Assembly: GCA_965203295.1 (NCBI GenBank)
Contig: CBDBCZ010000012.1
Span: 608,001-672,000 of the forward strand
Direction: 5' to 3'
Length of the DNA: 64,000 nucleotides
Origin: Nitrospirales bacterium
Lineage (GTDB): Bacteria > Nitrospirota > Nitrospiria > Nitrospirales > UBA8639
In this document: positions 27,310-48,857 of the stretch, in pieces
Position numbering within the stretch: position 1 is the first letter of the stretch
Layout: each line of letters starts with the position of its first letter
Program-made: the position numbers and the translations under genes
Notes under the pieces: model-generated
What the model was told of the DNA's origin: nothing
Seen by the model: only the letters and a program-made list of their open reading frames with translations
The model's database searches: none

Positions 27310-27813
27310 AAAGCGCTCCTGGATGGCTTGAGCTACATGCATCTCGCGGCTTTCTTGGTAACCTATGAGAAATGTAAGCCCTATTCTTTGGAAATGGGAA
27401 GAGGCTGTCAATTTCCTCGGTTATCCCCACAGAAGTAGTTTTCCAACAGATTGAAAAGGCAGGGTGATCAGCGGGACGAAGTTGTCGTCGCTGAGGCGAT
27501 TTACGTCCATGACTACTGCTCGTTCCATTGTGCCAAGCGATCAGAGAGTGGATATAGCTCCTTGATTAAAGCCTGCACCTGAATGTAGGAACCTTGTTTT
27601 CTTGTACACTAGGTTAGCAACCAACTCCGTTTACTATGTTGGAGAAGCTGGTCCAGGACCGTGCCGTGCGTTTGGGATTATTACTCCGTTCTTGGAGGTC
27701 ATTGTACAGACTCCAGTAGCACAAAAACCTGCCAAACTTCACCTTCGCCTCTATAAACAGCCGTAGTGCAAAACTATTTGCGGAAAGTGCCAGGTTTTTG
27801 CAAATCGGTTCAC
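27310..27813 (-). mobile_element. Sola-like 5' terminus
   Basis: Copy of 21930-22545 extending to GTGAACCGATTTGCAAAAACC (minus strand), flanked by ATAT, which fits an AWWT-type TSD (Sola1-like). Confidence 0.45.
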
Positions 27814-28980
27814 ATATATGACAAAGTTTGTTGTAAATCTCCTGCTTTTGATAGCCTCTCAATCGCACTTTATGAAGATTTTTTAATGACAGACAACGGA
27901 CGGATAAAACCAATTACTTAACCCCACTCACACACATGCGGGGCAGGGTAAAATGCCTCATGGATTATACAGCAGGCAGCTGTACACAAATTAAGTCTAT
28001 TGGGTATTGTGCCAGCGTAATTGGTGCAGGCCCAGTCCATATATGTATCATGTGGCTTAAGCTACTTACCAAATACTTTTTTTGTCTGATAATTATAAGT
28101 CACGAATTGTGAGAAAGTCCATAAAAATTATGTGAGCATAATTAGCTCAGGCCTACCCTGAATGCCAGACCCATCTTCAGATGGCACTGCCACGCACTAT
28201 CCAAACAGTGAAGTAATAAGAGCCCTCTGGCTTTGCCCTTGGGATGTAGTAATTACCGAGCGCAGCAAGTCCAATAATTGGATGGTTAGTAGAGATTGTT
28301 TAGCTTCTGTATATTAATGAAGATATGGGTGCTGCAAATGGACAGCACGATCGTATTGTCCATGAATGACAGATCGAGCAATGCAAACAGGAATTTCAAG
28401 CACCACAGCCCCCCCTCTGCTGTCTCGCAGCAACCATGGCCAATCTTTGGATAAAAAAATAGGATAGATACCTCATTCGCCTGGGTAGCTGTCGTTTTTC
28501 GTAGTTGTTCTCACAACTGGCTGACTCGTAATTAAAATGTCCCCGTATGCATCTGGCCGGGGGGCATGGCATGTGAGGCCTGTTGCTATTGCGTGACCCT
28601 AGTTTAACTAGAGCACTGAAATTCTTAACCCTCGGCGGCATAATATTAATCACAGACTCACAGGACACAGACAGCTCTTTGGTTTCTAGGGCTCTTGTCC
28701 CCTTTACACGCTCTCTATGTATCAGACTTCCGTTTGGCCGATGTGACAGTGAAATGGTGGTAGCCTTTCATCTTTGGCACCTTCCGGAAGTGTTCACCGA
28801 GGAATTGCCTCCAGAGTTGGATGTGAGATGGAAGTGTCGTTCAGGGGGCATATCTGTGAGTAACAAGCAGGATCTGTCTCCTGATCCTCCTGCTGAAGTT
28901 TGAGAATGGCGTGTTTTTTGGGGTTTTTGTCTGGGTTGTTTGTTTGTATAAAAGAATGTGAGGTGTAAGTGTTTATCATT

Positions 28981-30799
28981 ATTTATGATTGGAGTTATTG
29001 GATGGTGGTTGTGAGTTTGATTACGAGAAAGTTGCGAAGCTACATTTTGAGCTGAGAAGTATTTTGGACAGTGCGAGTGTGGAGCAGTGTCGTTTGATCA
29101 GCGCTTGTAATCATAATTACGCTGATCGTGATATAGAGGTAAAATGCCGAGATTTTCGACCTTACGTGCGAGGAGATCGCAAAGGCAATCAAGGCGTATG
29201 ATGCCTATGGCAGCAGCGCCAAAGAGAGATTTAGGAAGTGGGAGAAGGCTAAGTTTGAACTTACCCTCTGCAAACTCATGGTCGTTTAAAAGGCGCTTTC
29301 GAGGCGTTAGGGTATTTATATCACCTCCTACAGTCTGGTAAATGAGTGGTGGTAGGTGTCTGAGGCCTTTAGAGTAGGTACGAAGTGGTACATGTAGTTA
29401 AATCCATTTGGAAAATGGTTTAGAGTGATTTATTATGTAAGGTTGGCAGGTTTTCTTCGTAGAAGACAAAGGATTATTAAAACTGGTTAGTAAATGCAGT
29501 ACACAATAATAATGCAAGGTAATGGTGGGAGTGATAGAGTTTGTGATAGAGTTCAAACGGGGTTGGCGCCTGAGATGCCGGCTTTGAGGCAGAGGTTGAC
29601 GAAGTTCTCTTTGTTCGACTTTTGTGCCATCTCGTCGCAGTAGGAATTGACGATGTCCCATGGCACTAAACCACATTTAGCGAGTTGTCGAGCGGTAGCG
29701 GTGCATATGAGGGGTTGAATATGACTGTTGCGGATTCTGTCGAAACTGAGAAAGGAAACGCGTCTCCTGACTGTGGCCCGAATTTTAGGTGGTACTCTTT
29801 GAGACACATGGGTATAAGCAACTGAAGGAAAAGACACAATGGAATTCATACTTACTTGGCACTACTCATGTTTGGCCACATCAAGTCCTGCTGTGTATGG
29901 AATTTTTCCAGTGTTTTATGTATCCAATTCCACTGCCACACCCATTCCAGCCATCCAGAAGTTCAATTGTTGGAAAAGATGGGTAAACCATTCATCCCAA
30001 CTATAGTTGGTGATGATGAACACCGCCCAAGGTTGGAGGTGTATACGGCTCCCTTTGATTTCTGCGCCAAAGGGTCACTTGTGGGTGAATCGGTTGATGT
30101 AGCCGACTTGCCATTCAGGGCCAGTGGTGAATTCGTCGCAGAGAACAACAGACTCATAGTCATACCCATCCCACCATTTAGGATCCTGAGATCCCGGGTC
30201 GTACCACTGTATGTCCAGATCTTGGAAAGTCTGGCAGACTTGGGCGGTTGTGCCAATCCCGGTGGCACCTTTAACAACGAGGATTTTGATGTCTTTGCCC
30301 ATGGCTGTGACCGTGCATGCCTTGTTTGATGGCATGGTAAGCTTTGGAAGCTTGGGGCCATGCGAAGTTGAGGCCATTCTTGGTGACGTCCTCATAGAGG
30401 AGTTCGGACATCTTTTTTGGAGCTTTTTTCTTGGGGACGTTAGAGCCGTTGTTAGGAATGAGTGCTGGAGTGACAGTTGGAAGATTGTGGTGCTAGGCTG
30501 GTAGAGGGTAGTTTCTCGATGGCCGTGAGGGCAGCGGTATTGGGACTTGGGGTGAAGAGTCCGGTGCTGGAATCCTGGTTCTGTGTGTACTCCTCGAAAG
30601 TTTCGTCGAGAGCTTCGTGAATTTCTTGAGAGGTGACGCTGGTGGTTTTGTTGTCGAGCTGGGTTTCTGGGATTGTTGTGATTTCAGGAGAGGTGAGGTC
30701 GACAATGGACGTGGAGAGGAAGGAAAGAAAACCATGACGTAAGCCATGGTTTGGGGTGGTTGGAGTGCGCGAAGTGCAGGTTGGTTCAAGTTTAGCCAT
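28981..30799 (-). pseudogene. Endogenous viral-like ORF with CRESS-DNA-virus-type superfamily 3 helicase
   Basis: One frame (30395 to 29553, three stops) carries Walker A ILVVKGATGIG(T)T, KWWDGYDYESVVLCDEF (Walker B), K*PFGAEIKGSRIHLQPWAVFIITNY (motif C) and ATVRRRV (Arg finger). Frameshifted N- and C-terminal extensions; no introns seen. Confidence 0.8.
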
Positions 30800-30880
30800 G
30801 GCAGTAATAAGACGATCGACTTCCTTCGCTTGGCAGTTTTTTGCTCTTCAGTTTCTAGGGCTCTTGCTGCACTAACATCA

Positions 30881-32485
<1,605 letters not shown>

Positions 32486-33359
32486 GATTGCATACTGTAC
32501 AGCCCTTGAAGCTGTGGTTTAATTAACTATTACTTGCAATTACTAGGTAGAAGTACAGTACTGATATAAAGTAACCTGACAGCGTTGTGCTTGTGCAACA
32601 CCTGCGCAGCATTTGCGTTACGCATTTGTATTAAGCGCTTGCATTGCATAATTAACTTGTGTTGCGCTTCCGATTACACGCTTGCATACTAATCGGTGTT
32701 ATGTAATAATGAATTTATGCTTGCGTTACGCATGTGTTCAGCTTGTGATGTTAGGTTTCTTATTGTCAGTACTGTAAGATACCAATGTAGTACTGCACTC
32801 TGATACAGAGCAACAGTGAATACCTCTCCCCCCCCCCCCCCCCCTCCCTTTCCAGGACTGAGAAGAACCTACCAAGTGTCTTGCCCCATTCCCAAGCGGG
32901 GCTCCAAACAGGCCATCCACTTCTCTGCATACACCAACCTAAAGCATTGGTTCCATGGTGGAGATAACTCTAAGGACATCTGGTTGGTGGCGGACACCCT
33001 CTCATGTTGTCAAGACTGAACTATGGGTGAGTGGCTAAGCACACCAGTAGATGCATAGTATCACTATAGGCCAATTGTGCAAATATTATTGTGACTGAAT
33101 AGGGGCTTTCCAGAGCCCACACCAGGGTTTCACACAGGATTGTGGTGGAGCAAATGTCCTGCTAGGGGGTCTGGGTGCATGCCTCCCCCCCCCCCCTCCC
33201 CCCAGAAATTTTGTGCAAAACAACGGCCCTTCCCCCCCCCCCCCCGCTGTGTTTACAAAACGACTGAGCTAACACACCTCCCCCCATAAAACCCTGCACC
33301 CTGAATAATAGATATGACTTAGTACTCATTAGAACAAGTCTGACATTTCATGTCTAAAA

Positions 33360-33774
33360 ACCAGCCGGACGCCTTTCCCGTACAATACACACAACTCAGC
33401 TTAGGCCAAGCTATTAACCTACAGCTGTAGAGCCGGAGATACTATATTCTTAGAGTGGTACAGCGAAAGTGCTGACTCAGCAGTTTCGTCGTGCGCCTCC
33501 AGTTAGTAGCTATATGCCAAGAAACCAGGATCTTTACGGCTACCTACCCAAGTTTTCGCCATCTAGGCAACACAAAACTACCTTCATTCGCTGTAGCTTG
33601 GCCTGCAAACCTCCAAAAGCTACTATACACTGCAGTAGCATAGTAACGTATGACGTAATATATTGCGCACGTGATAAGTGCGGACGCACAAACAGACAGA
33701 CAAACAAACAAACAAACAGACGCGGAAAACGTAAAGCAATCTTAGTACCAGCCGTTCGCGCGCTCCGGCTGGTA
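33360..33774. mobile_element. HINE-like element with ACCAGCCGGA / TCCGGCTGGT inverted ends
   Basis: Inverted 10-mers embedded in A-runs, internal ACAA/ACAG microsatellite and a terminal palindrome. Confidence 0.55.
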
Positions 33775-34065
33775 AAAAGCTGGATGGCATTTTTAGTTTC
33801 TGAGATATACGCGCTCTGAATTTGAATTCCCCAGTACAGGTTATTTAATATCTAGGACACGCTCTGGCCCCACTCTCCATCTAAAAGTACAGGGAATATT
33901 AAAGGTTTAAGCTTGCATATCTGGCATACTAAAATAACTGGTATTAAATTTTACTGAGTTGTAATTGCAGTGTGTTGGGGTATCCCCTGGCTCTACGTAA
34001 TATGTGTGCCTTGTTAGCACCAAACCACAATGCGCTACAACTGGATGACAGTATTACGTAATATT

Positions 34066-34238
34066 AGGTACCAGTTGGCAGTGCATTACGGGATTTAGTT
34101 AGTGCGCGAGGACAATTAAGTAACGGTCGAGGGCGGATAATGCACGAGCCGAAGGCGAGTGCATTGTCCGCCCGAGATCATTACTTAATTGTCCGAGTGC
34201 ACTAACTAGTCCCGTAATGCACTGCCAACTGGTATCTA
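34066..34238. repeat. Long imperfect palindrome with central GCCGAAGGC loop
   Basis: Arms of ~80 bp pair across the centre. Similar fold-backs occur at ~3795-3900, ~14312-14413, ~34925-35054 and ~58284-58373. Confidence 0.8.
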
Positions 34239-34596
34239 AAGTACTTAAGTGTGCATTAACAACTTAGTGCACACTTCCATGTACATTAAGCGATTTAATG
34301 CGCAGTCATGTGATCGATTCTGAGACTTCTGATTCGTCGAAGGTCACGTGAGTAGCACTAATACATGGAAGGTTTCTTTAAGAGAAGCGCGGAAATGATA
34401 ACTTCAATAGTAGCGGTCTTACACACAATGTCATGGTGTTTTGCGTGGTTCTAACTTTTATTGTCAGTTCAATAATTTAGTACATATCTGCATTGGAAAA
34501 ATCCCTGTCGACAAAAAATGCTTTACAATGTATTACTGTTGTCTTTTTTATGAATATATACTGTACAATTTTATAGTATTGTTCATTCCTCAACAG

Positions 34597-34916
34597 AAAT
34601 GGATATCGACGTTGACCTCCTCGAGGAGGGGTTTTCAGAGGAGGAGGAGGAGTCCCCCGCACGGGCCCCCACACCTACCCCAGCCGCTGGCCCTGCCCTC
34701 GAACCCCCCCGGCCAGCTCCACATCGCAATTATGCAAGAGCGCTGATGTTGTTAAATTTAGCCGCTAGGAGGGCCATCAGGGGCCGGGAGTGCCCTGCCG
34801 ATGACACCGGAGAAGCCGGGAAGGCCGTCGTGATGGGAGAGGCCGTGGCCGAGGCCAAGCTCAAGGCCGCTGAGGACGTGGATGGGCCTGGGCAATTAGT
34901 AAGTTTGCTGGCTTGA
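34597..34916 (+). pseudogene. Microprotein family copy 3 (diverged terminal exon)
   Basis: CCTCAACAG|AA ATG; reads MDIDVDLLEEGFSEEEEESPARAPTPTP..RALMLLNLAARRAIRGR; a palindromic MITE follows immediately. Confidence 0.5.
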
Positions 34917-35501
34917 AGTCGCTTACTTCGCGGAAGCCTAATTCTTGCGGTGCCGTTCATTCTAGTTGACCCAGACATGCTTCTCCTGATTGGCCATATC
35001 CTCCAGGGGTCAACTGGAATGAACGGAACTGCTAGAATTAGGCTTCTGCGAAGTTTGGGGTAGGGTTAGGCGACATATTTATCACGTTTTAATTTTTCGT
35101 GGTGCCATTCTTTTCAGTCGATCTGCATCTCGAATCTGTAGAATTTGCGACAGTTCCAGTTTCTCACTAGTTGTGTAAGTGCCTAAGGCTGTCTCAACCA
35201 CAGCTGCAAATTGCCTTAGCCCTCTGGTACACGTCCTGATGCCTTTATATGGGTGAGAGAATTTGAACGGCTCAAAGCAGTTAGAAATCAGCATTAGCTA
35301 TAAACAACACACTAAAATTAGCAGTGGGCTTCAAAATATTTGCGTGTGCCGTGCCTGCCCAAACTATGCTATATAGCTAAGTACTAGCTGCCGACTCACC
35401 GCGTGTAAAAAGGCAAGCTTCCTGAGGCAGGTACAGCTGCTTCATTACTTAAGCCGGCCGTTCATAGCTCATTTCTGACATTTGTACAATAAAAGCTAGC
35501 A

Positions 35502-36315
35502 GTGTCTGACGTCGACTCGGAACGCCCCAGCCCCCGGGACGACGAAAGCGAGGCGCCGGCCGCTGCGCTGCCGGAGCGCCGGGATGAGGATGGTAGGATT
35601 GCAGTATTACTACATGGAAGCTTTCTCTAAGCGTTGAAATGGTAACTTTTATAGTAGTGCTCTTGCAGACAATGTAGTTGTGTTTTGTGTGCATGGTTCT
35701 AATTTGCATTAATGTTAGCGTCTCGTTAATGCTTAACAATGTATTACTGGTGTCTAATTTTCATGTACAGTATTGTTCTTTTCTCAACAGAAATGTCAAT
35801 TGACTTGGATATCTTAGAGGGGGGGTTCTCTGAAGACGAGGCCCCCGCCCCGGCCCCTGCAGCCCCTGCCCCTGCCCCGGTCTCTGCGGCCCCTGCCCCT
35901 GCCCCTGCCCCTGCCCCTGCCCCTGCCCCTGCCCCTGCCCCTGCGCCGGTCTCTGCGGCCCCTGGCCCCTGCCCCTGCCCCTGCCCCTGCCCCTGCCCCT
36001 GCCCTGGTCCCTGCGGCCCCTGCCCCTGCGGTCCCTGCGGCCCCTGCCCCTGCCCCTGCCCCTGCCCCTGCCCCTGCCCCTGCCCCTGCCCCTGCCCCTG
36101 CCCCTGCCCCGGTCCCTGCGGCCCCTGCCCCTGCGCCCCCTGCACCCCCTGCCCCGGTCCCGGCCAACCCCTTCTATTTGGAGAGGTTCTTCGCCGGGCT
36201 CGGCCACGGCCACAGCCACGCACGAGACCACGGCCACGGCCGTCGTGGTCGTGCGCGCGGCCGTGGCCGTGGCAGCCCGCGCGATTATCGCCCAAATGTA
36301 AGTTTGCAGTCTTGA
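35502..36315 (+). pseudogene. Microprotein family copy 4 (two exons, GTG in place of ATG, expanded GCCCCT tract with frameshift)
   Basis: Exon 1 35502-35592 (V)SDVDSERPSPRDDESEAPAAALPERRDED, phase 1. Exon 2 starts at 35791. (GCCCCT)n expansion ~35860-36150 with a 1-nt shift near 35964. Confidence 0.6.
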
Positions 36316-36539
36316 AGTCACTATCGTGCAACGTTATTATTACATTATTGTGTTCTTTATGCAGATCGCCAGATACCACGTTATTATGAACTATTATTAT
36401 TAATATAATATATTACACGTGTATATTATTTTATTATATTATATGCAGCATTTTATTATATTATATTACCAGTATTTATGCAGCATTTTATTATATGATC
36501 AGTATTTATGCAGTATATCTATTATGTTTATACAGTATT

Positions 36540-37305
36540 TTATTGTTATATTATCAATTATTAACAATTATTAACAATCATTTTATTAAAATTATGGCAA
36601 AAGTATAAAAACTACAGAAACAAGAAAATAAAAATTTAAAAGGTGTAGGGATGGAGTGCCAAAAAAGCAAGAAAACAAGGGTTGGGATAGCATGAACGCA
36701 ACACAGCCCCATTCCTACATCTTTTTCATAATTGTCAACTGCAACACAATCATGGATGTCATACCCATAACCAGTGACAACTTGCACCGGCCAACCCTCT
36801 TCGCAAGGTTTGCTGATATGTCACAGCTACATGCATGTACCAGTTGAACCAGTAAATTGTATCATTATTATTGTATATATCTGAGGTATGCCTGTGTTGT
36901 ATATGTTATATTAATAAGTGGGGTACTAATGAGGATGTACACACTGTGTGCATGTTTGCATGTATATACATTGTACAGTGTACATGTATTATACACGTAA
37001 ACTTACACACTGTATTCATGCAGGCTTATTAGTACTCACTTGAAATGTAATTTCAGCCCATGATTGTGCTTAGATTCTATTATGCAGGCGCTACTGTTGG
37101 ATGGGGCTCGTACATATGTCTGGGTACTAAAGAGGCTGGAATTAAAATGCATAGCCTAAATTTCAATACACATCAATAGCCACCCCCTTCTCAGTGCTGC
37201 CTACAGGAAGGACAGCTATGCCATTAAGCATTAATCAGGCCACCATTGCAGTTGACATGTGAAAAAGATGTAGGGATGGGGCTGTGTATGTTGCGTTCAT
37301 GCTAT
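36540..37305 (+). repeat. Module A + central segment + partial inverted module A; the empty (CACTA-free) paralog
   Basis: Module A at 36620-36722. 36723-37265 is colinear with 2333-2641 joined to 15345-15599. Inverted half module at 37266-37305. Confidence 0.88.
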
Positions 37306-37571
37306 GAAATTTTTTATTTATTTTTGCTAAGTCAGTTGTGAGGAAAATTTTTTCATACTGGCTATTGTTCATACTTGACTTGTAGTATGCTCCTGCCAGT
37401 GAAGTGCTTCCATATTCTCTTGGCTTCACCACTTTGTGTGGGATGGTGCACCGTATATGTGACCTCAGGGAATATTGACCATCTGAGGTAGTTTGTCGAA
37501 GTTTATTGTTAATATCCAATGAGTATCTATCGGCTGTGAATATGTATGGCTGGTGTGGCATGTGCATGTTG

Positions 37572-37615
<44 letters not shown>

Positions 37616-38633
37616 TGTCATTCCTATATAGGTTCCTTTTTTCAATCCTTATGAATATTTTCTTGTGCCAGGCGTAGTCAAGCACCCCGTTTAAAGCCAG
37701 AACCTTTAACATTTTAGCGACAAATAGTTCAGCCTCGAGCAAGCTACTGATGCCTGATCGTCAGGCCTTGCAGGGGAGTGGTCCAATATTGGTAAACATC
37801 CTGGAAATTGTGAAAATACTTGCCAACAGATTCATTGAGGGGGTCACATTAAATGAACATAGTTTGAGCACAATAGGGGCACATTTGTTGGAAGAGTTTT
37901 GGAGCAGCGTAGCTAGCATAGTAAGTAGATTTTTGAGCATAATTGGCTCACCCCTAAACATGACATGGGTATTTTCGTGACTCAGCCTGTCACAAGAATA
38001 GCGATGAAATAATTATGGCGTGGCGAGACTGGGGTATTTTTGCGAGCCAGGCTATTGCTTGATTAGCGATGAATCATTGGCAATGTTTAACTACGAAAAG
38101 TGTCTGGTTTTCTGGAGATTGGTATAATACCTATGTAGAGCATAGCTTCAAGAGTCAGCTATGGCTGCTACATGACATTGTACAGGAGTGGAGAGACGAG
38201 TTGTGCTTGAAAGTCACATTTGCATTGCTCAATTGTGCTGTCTGCTTCTAGCCCTGATATCTCTATGTAAATTCTACTAGTCTGGGAGCAGAAACCAAGC
38301 TTAGTCCAGACCTTGGCCCCTTGTTGCACCGCAGGTTCGAAGACGGCATGCATGTAGTTGCCATAGGCACCATTTTGAACTCATGACTCCCCTAACACAC
38401 AACTCCTTTTGAAAGCTCTCCATTTCTTTTCGTACGTGCGTGTGAGAACTTGTGTAAAAAAAAATCGTACCATTTAAAATTTCGTCATGTTCAATTTTGT
38501 TGGTGTACAGGAGCGACGAAAATTAATTACGGGAAAATTTAACAGTTGAAAGTTTCTCCCACCAAAAATTTCCTGATCTACTGTATAACAATGCCCCTTT
38601 ACAGTTCCTCAATCATGCACACACACACACACG

Positions 38634-38716
<83 letters not shown>

Positions 38717-39908
38717 CAACTTCTACAGAATGCCACTCTGCACATACCTATTGTAATTCGGAACAGTTCTCACATTTCCACTCACAGGATCAGACAACCA
38801 AGAGGTACCTTTCGTCCCAAATTTGGATCATTCTACATTTCAGAATTAGCTAGAGCCTGTTAGCAAGGTGTATAGAAAATTTGGACGAATAATTGGAAAT
38901 TATAACCAATTGGCATGAGCTCGAGTATGGTAAACAGGATCCAGAACCTGGTGAGCAGGATGGAATGGAGGGATAAATGGCATCACGAGATTATGCCCTG
39001 CGAATAATTGTAATTATAGCCAAACCCTGGCCCTAATCCAACCCTAGCTATATCCCCAACTTTACCCACCTAGGGATTGATATCTCAGTAGGTATAAAAG
39101 TTGGAGATAGCAAGCTATAGACTAACCCAACCCTATAATTTGCGTGGCGCAGGTCCGCGGGACTACCAAGTTCACTAACGCTATACCCATTGCTCAGGCT
39201 GACCAACTTAATTACTGCATTGGTACAACTTACTATAGGGGACCAGAGACTCCTTATAGTCTCACTGGCCGGATTAACTCCTGGCAGCGCTGCTATTGCA
39301 TATTTCAACCAACCACCCTCTTCTGTGATGCAGAGCTGACAATGAGCAGCATTTCCACAGTGAGCCTAGCCACAAGATGGAAGCCTTCATCTGCGACCAT
39401 GTTCCTGGGGTCTGGGGCCACCTTTGATGAGTTTCAATCCTGCTCAGCTGGATAAACTGTTTCATGGACAGTACAATTATCCACTGATCATTATCATGCG
39501 GTGTCTATAGCTTGCAAGTAATATGCATGACATGTACTGTTAACATGATCAGTCTACATAATATTATTGTATATGAACGTGTATGTGCTGTGCACGTGGA
39601 TTGTTCACAGGTCAGTGCTTTTAAGGCAATTTTGTAGTTCATTTTACCTCATTTGGCTGTGGATTCCACCCCTACATAATGTTATGTTCATAATTGGTCC
39701 AATACTACATGAATGTAGATCTCATGAACATATGCAGTACTACTATATGAATTATGGACGTGATTGTGTGCTCTTCCAGAGCAGATTACATTATAGTAGT
39801 CACCAGGATTGGAAAAAGTTATGAAGTACAAAAATAATTGTATCACTATTGAACAGGTATTAGCAGAATATCGTATAGGGTTAAAAGCCTGTGTAACTGC
39901 TCATCTTT

Positions 39909-47417
<7,509 letters not shown>

Positions 47418-48082
47418 CTCAACTGAGCTCTATTCATGTGGACCCTCTATTGAATACACAGGAGTTCATGACAATGAGAGTTTATAGCCTTCTGTCAGTG
47501 AATTCATTAGACTAAGAGATAGCTCCTGATCATGCGCAATACAAGTACAAGTACTACTATTGGAATAGACTCCTCTTACTTATTCCTAAACACCCAGTTT
47601 TCCAGTCTTTTTGCTTACTGCAAGTGGAGTAAATAGGAAGACTGTGTAGCTAGTCACCTATTGCATGATGTACGTACTAGGACTTCTGTCGTTACCTTAA
47701 CCAGAGGCTCTAGTGTCTCAGATATTTTTACTTTACAAGTACACCACTAAAAATAATGTGCCTATTGTGGACACCTTGGGGACCTGGTGAAGTGTCCTGT
47801 ATAGAGAGAGGTGTCCTTGAGTCGGGGGTAAATTCCTAGCATATTTGGGACACAGCAAAGTGTCCTTATTACAGAGGTGTCCGTATTTCAGGGAGTGTCC
47901 ATTAAGAGGGTTCCACTGTACATCCAATAAAGCATAGATCTTAGTGATGCCACCATCAAATGGAGTAGAAGTTTTGGAATAACAAGGTTTCCCACTATTT
48001 ACAGAGCTAAGCTCGGTGTGTACTCAGTGGCTCAGCGGCTGATCTTCACAGCAAAAGTATGCTTATGAGCCCACTCGCTGAT

Positions 48083-48529
48083 TAGTCTCGCAGGCCAGAC
48101 GACTCTTATGGGGGGAAGTACGTCTGGTCATGTTTGCCATGTTATTACAAACGTCGCCGGAATGTGGGCGCCACCAATCAGAATGCAGAGTGCTCAATTA
48201 TTACAAAGCTCTTCCGTATTAGTCACATGACCGTCTGTCCTTTTCAAATACAAAAGTTGCAAATCAGGCAGGTAGGCTTCGGCGGCAAACCACGAACAAG
48301 TAATCAGACAGTTGCTGTTGCTGGTGTCAGTACATCGGAAAACTTAAGCAAAATAGGAAGCACATGTAAAATCGTTGTGAAGCGTCTTCCTGCCTGGTGT
48401 CATAATATCACATTCTACTACATAACGAAAACATGTGACTAAGGTGATCAGACCATGGATAATAAAATATTATCCATGACCAGACGTATGTACCTCCCCC
48501 CCACAAAAATCGTCTGGCTCGTGAGACTA
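48083..48529. mobile_element. TIR-bounded MITE (TAGTCTCG..CCAGACGA)
   Basis: Inverted ends at ~48083-48102 and ~48510-48529; a minimal hairpin relative lies at ~50488-50523. Confidence 0.6.
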
Positions 48530-48754
48530 CCTGCAGACTTTAAGTCATTAAACAAATTTTTATGATTAGAAACTTACCTGTATGTAGCTCTACTCACTTT
48601 CTTCAGGCCTAGGTCTTTGTTTGGGCCAGGGACGTACCTCCAGCTGTTATGACGTCAAAATAGTATGTGCCACGCCTAGGCGCCTACAGCCGGAAGCCAA
48701 TTATTTCCATAAAGTGTGGGAGGGGCCACATACAGACGTGTAGAGAGAGACTTA

Positions 48755-48817
48755 TTGAGCTACGGCAGAGAGCGAGAGGCGGTTTCCTTCGTGACACAGT
48801 TCAAGCGCGACCTGGAG
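48755..48817 (+). pseudogene. Inverted degenerate fragment of TIR exon 1
   Basis: LSYGREREAVSFVTQFKRDLE versus LSYGREPEVVSFVEKLKHDLE in the minus-strand gene. Confidence 0.75.
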
Positions 48818-48824
48818 AGAAGAC

Positions 48825-48857
<33 letters not shown>

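Noticed and set aside
29856..30329. 157-aa plus-strand ORF as a possible viral capsid
   Set aside because: It is the antisense shadow of the helicase motifs, with no Arg-rich N-terminus or other capsid features.
32870..33020. Possible non-LTR (CRE/R2-like) endonuclease remnant (..PAWEWGKTL, minus strand)
   Set aside because: Too short and degenerate to support without a profile search.
35744..36379. Long GQ/GA/GR-repeat ORFs (also 15853-16254) resembling collagen, silk or RGG proteins
   Set aside because: They are antisense or alternative-frame readings of the GCCCCT repeat; splice signals and cross-copy peptide conservation support the opposite strand.
39040..39455. 103-aa Cys-containing ORF
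   Set aside because: GTG start, upstream stops and no recognisable family; cannot be called.
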